A DNA stretch of 63,386 nt, the filler included, from Octopus bimaculoides (Eukaryota), in assembly GCF_001194135.2 (NCBI RefSeq). It is 5 parts of 4 records of this genome, joined end to end, with 100 filler letters (N's around TTAATTAATTAA, not from the genome) between each part and the next. Parts side by side here need not be neighbours in the genome. Positions count along the whole stretch, not along the records: positions 60,864 to 63,386 come from NW_026307016.1; 4 more parts are not named here. One strand, written 5' to 3'. Below the pieces are notes generated by a model that was given only the letters and a program-made list of their open reading frames with translations, had not been told where the DNA came from and ran no database searches. Every line of letters starts with the position of its first letter. Within the stretch, counting starts at the first letter, position 1. This document shows, piece by piece, positions 62,612-63,386 of the stretch. The translations under genes and the position numbers were made by a program.

Positions 62612-63386
62612 CACCAGGACCTTTGGAAATATGCAGTACGTGAGAAGACCCAGCAAGCCAAGTGAGAGCATAATCTGTGGCCTCTGCCAGAAGTGTAGCC
62701 ATGTCACTTATTTGTATTTTTACTTCATTGGACACTAAACTCTGCTTGCGAAGACCTGTTGAGGCAAGTGAATTTGAAATCTGAAATCGAAATCGAACCA
62801 AATCCAACAACTGGCACCTATACCAACCTCTCCTTCATTGGACACTAAAGTCTGCTTGCGAAGACCTGTTATGACAAGTGAAATCGACATCGTAATTGAA
62901 CCATATTCAATGACTGGCACCTGCGCCATTGGAGCATTAACAGCACTGTCCAAGCATGTTCATTGCCAGACCAGCTGTCTGGCTTCCATGCTAGTGGCCT
63001 GTAAATAGCGCCAACCAGCGTCGCTTTCTGGCACTTGTGCTGGTGGCACAAGCGTCGCTTTCTGGCACTTGTGCTGGTGGCACAAGCGTCGCTTTCTGGC
63101 ACTTGTGCTGGTGGCACGTTAGAAAATCATTTGAGTGAGTCCATTGCCAGTGCTGCTGGACTGGCTCCTGTGCAGGTGGCATGTAAAAAACACCATTTTG
63201 AGCGTGGCCGTTGCCAGTACCGTGTGACTGGCACGTAAAAGCACCCACTACACTCTCAGAGTGGTTGGCATTAGGAAGGGTATCCAGCTGTAGAAACTCT
63301 ACCAGATCGGATTGGAGCCTGGTGCAGGCATCTGGCTTGCCAGTGCTCAGTCAAATTGTCCAACCCATGCTAGCATGGAAAGCGGA
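62612..63386 (+). mobile_element. Further RTE 3' UTR copy, cut by the window end
   Basis: Starts at gacctttggaaatatgc; contains three perfect 34-bp repeats at 63018-63119; ends ccatgctagcatggaaagcgga. Confidence 0.88.

Overview
Eukaryotic, AT-rich, repeat-saturated window with many N gaps. It is very probably octopus genomic DNA (inferred from the tRNA-derived SINE families and the microsatellite load) and looks intronic or intergenic. No intact host protein-coding gene is recognisable. Most ORFs in the track are translations of microsatellites or N gaps. What can be supported is a stratified graveyard of mobile elements: three tRNA-derived SINE families; many 5'-truncated copies of an RTE-clade LINE with a long minisatellite-bearing 3' UTR and (GAT)n tail; a second RTE family; an R4/Dong-like RLE LINE fragment; several Penelope-like (PLE) RT and GIY-YIG fragments; Helitron derivatives; Tc1/mariner, Merlin and hAT-like DNA transposon remnants and MITEs. 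The most notable observations are: a near-canonical minimal type I hammerhead ribozyme behind a PLE endonuclease (37523-37577); a Pol III B-box-headed short element carrying a hammerhead-like core (46832-47105); an RTE copy with an L1-style twin-priming 5' inversion (61015-62596); a doubly palindromic Merlin-like MITE with TTAGGG repeats in its central loop inserted into a minisatellite (13880-14416); and an RFX X-box match beside a unique ORF (15126-15423). All family assignments come from motif recognition by eye. No database searches were run, and many repeat boundaries are approximate.
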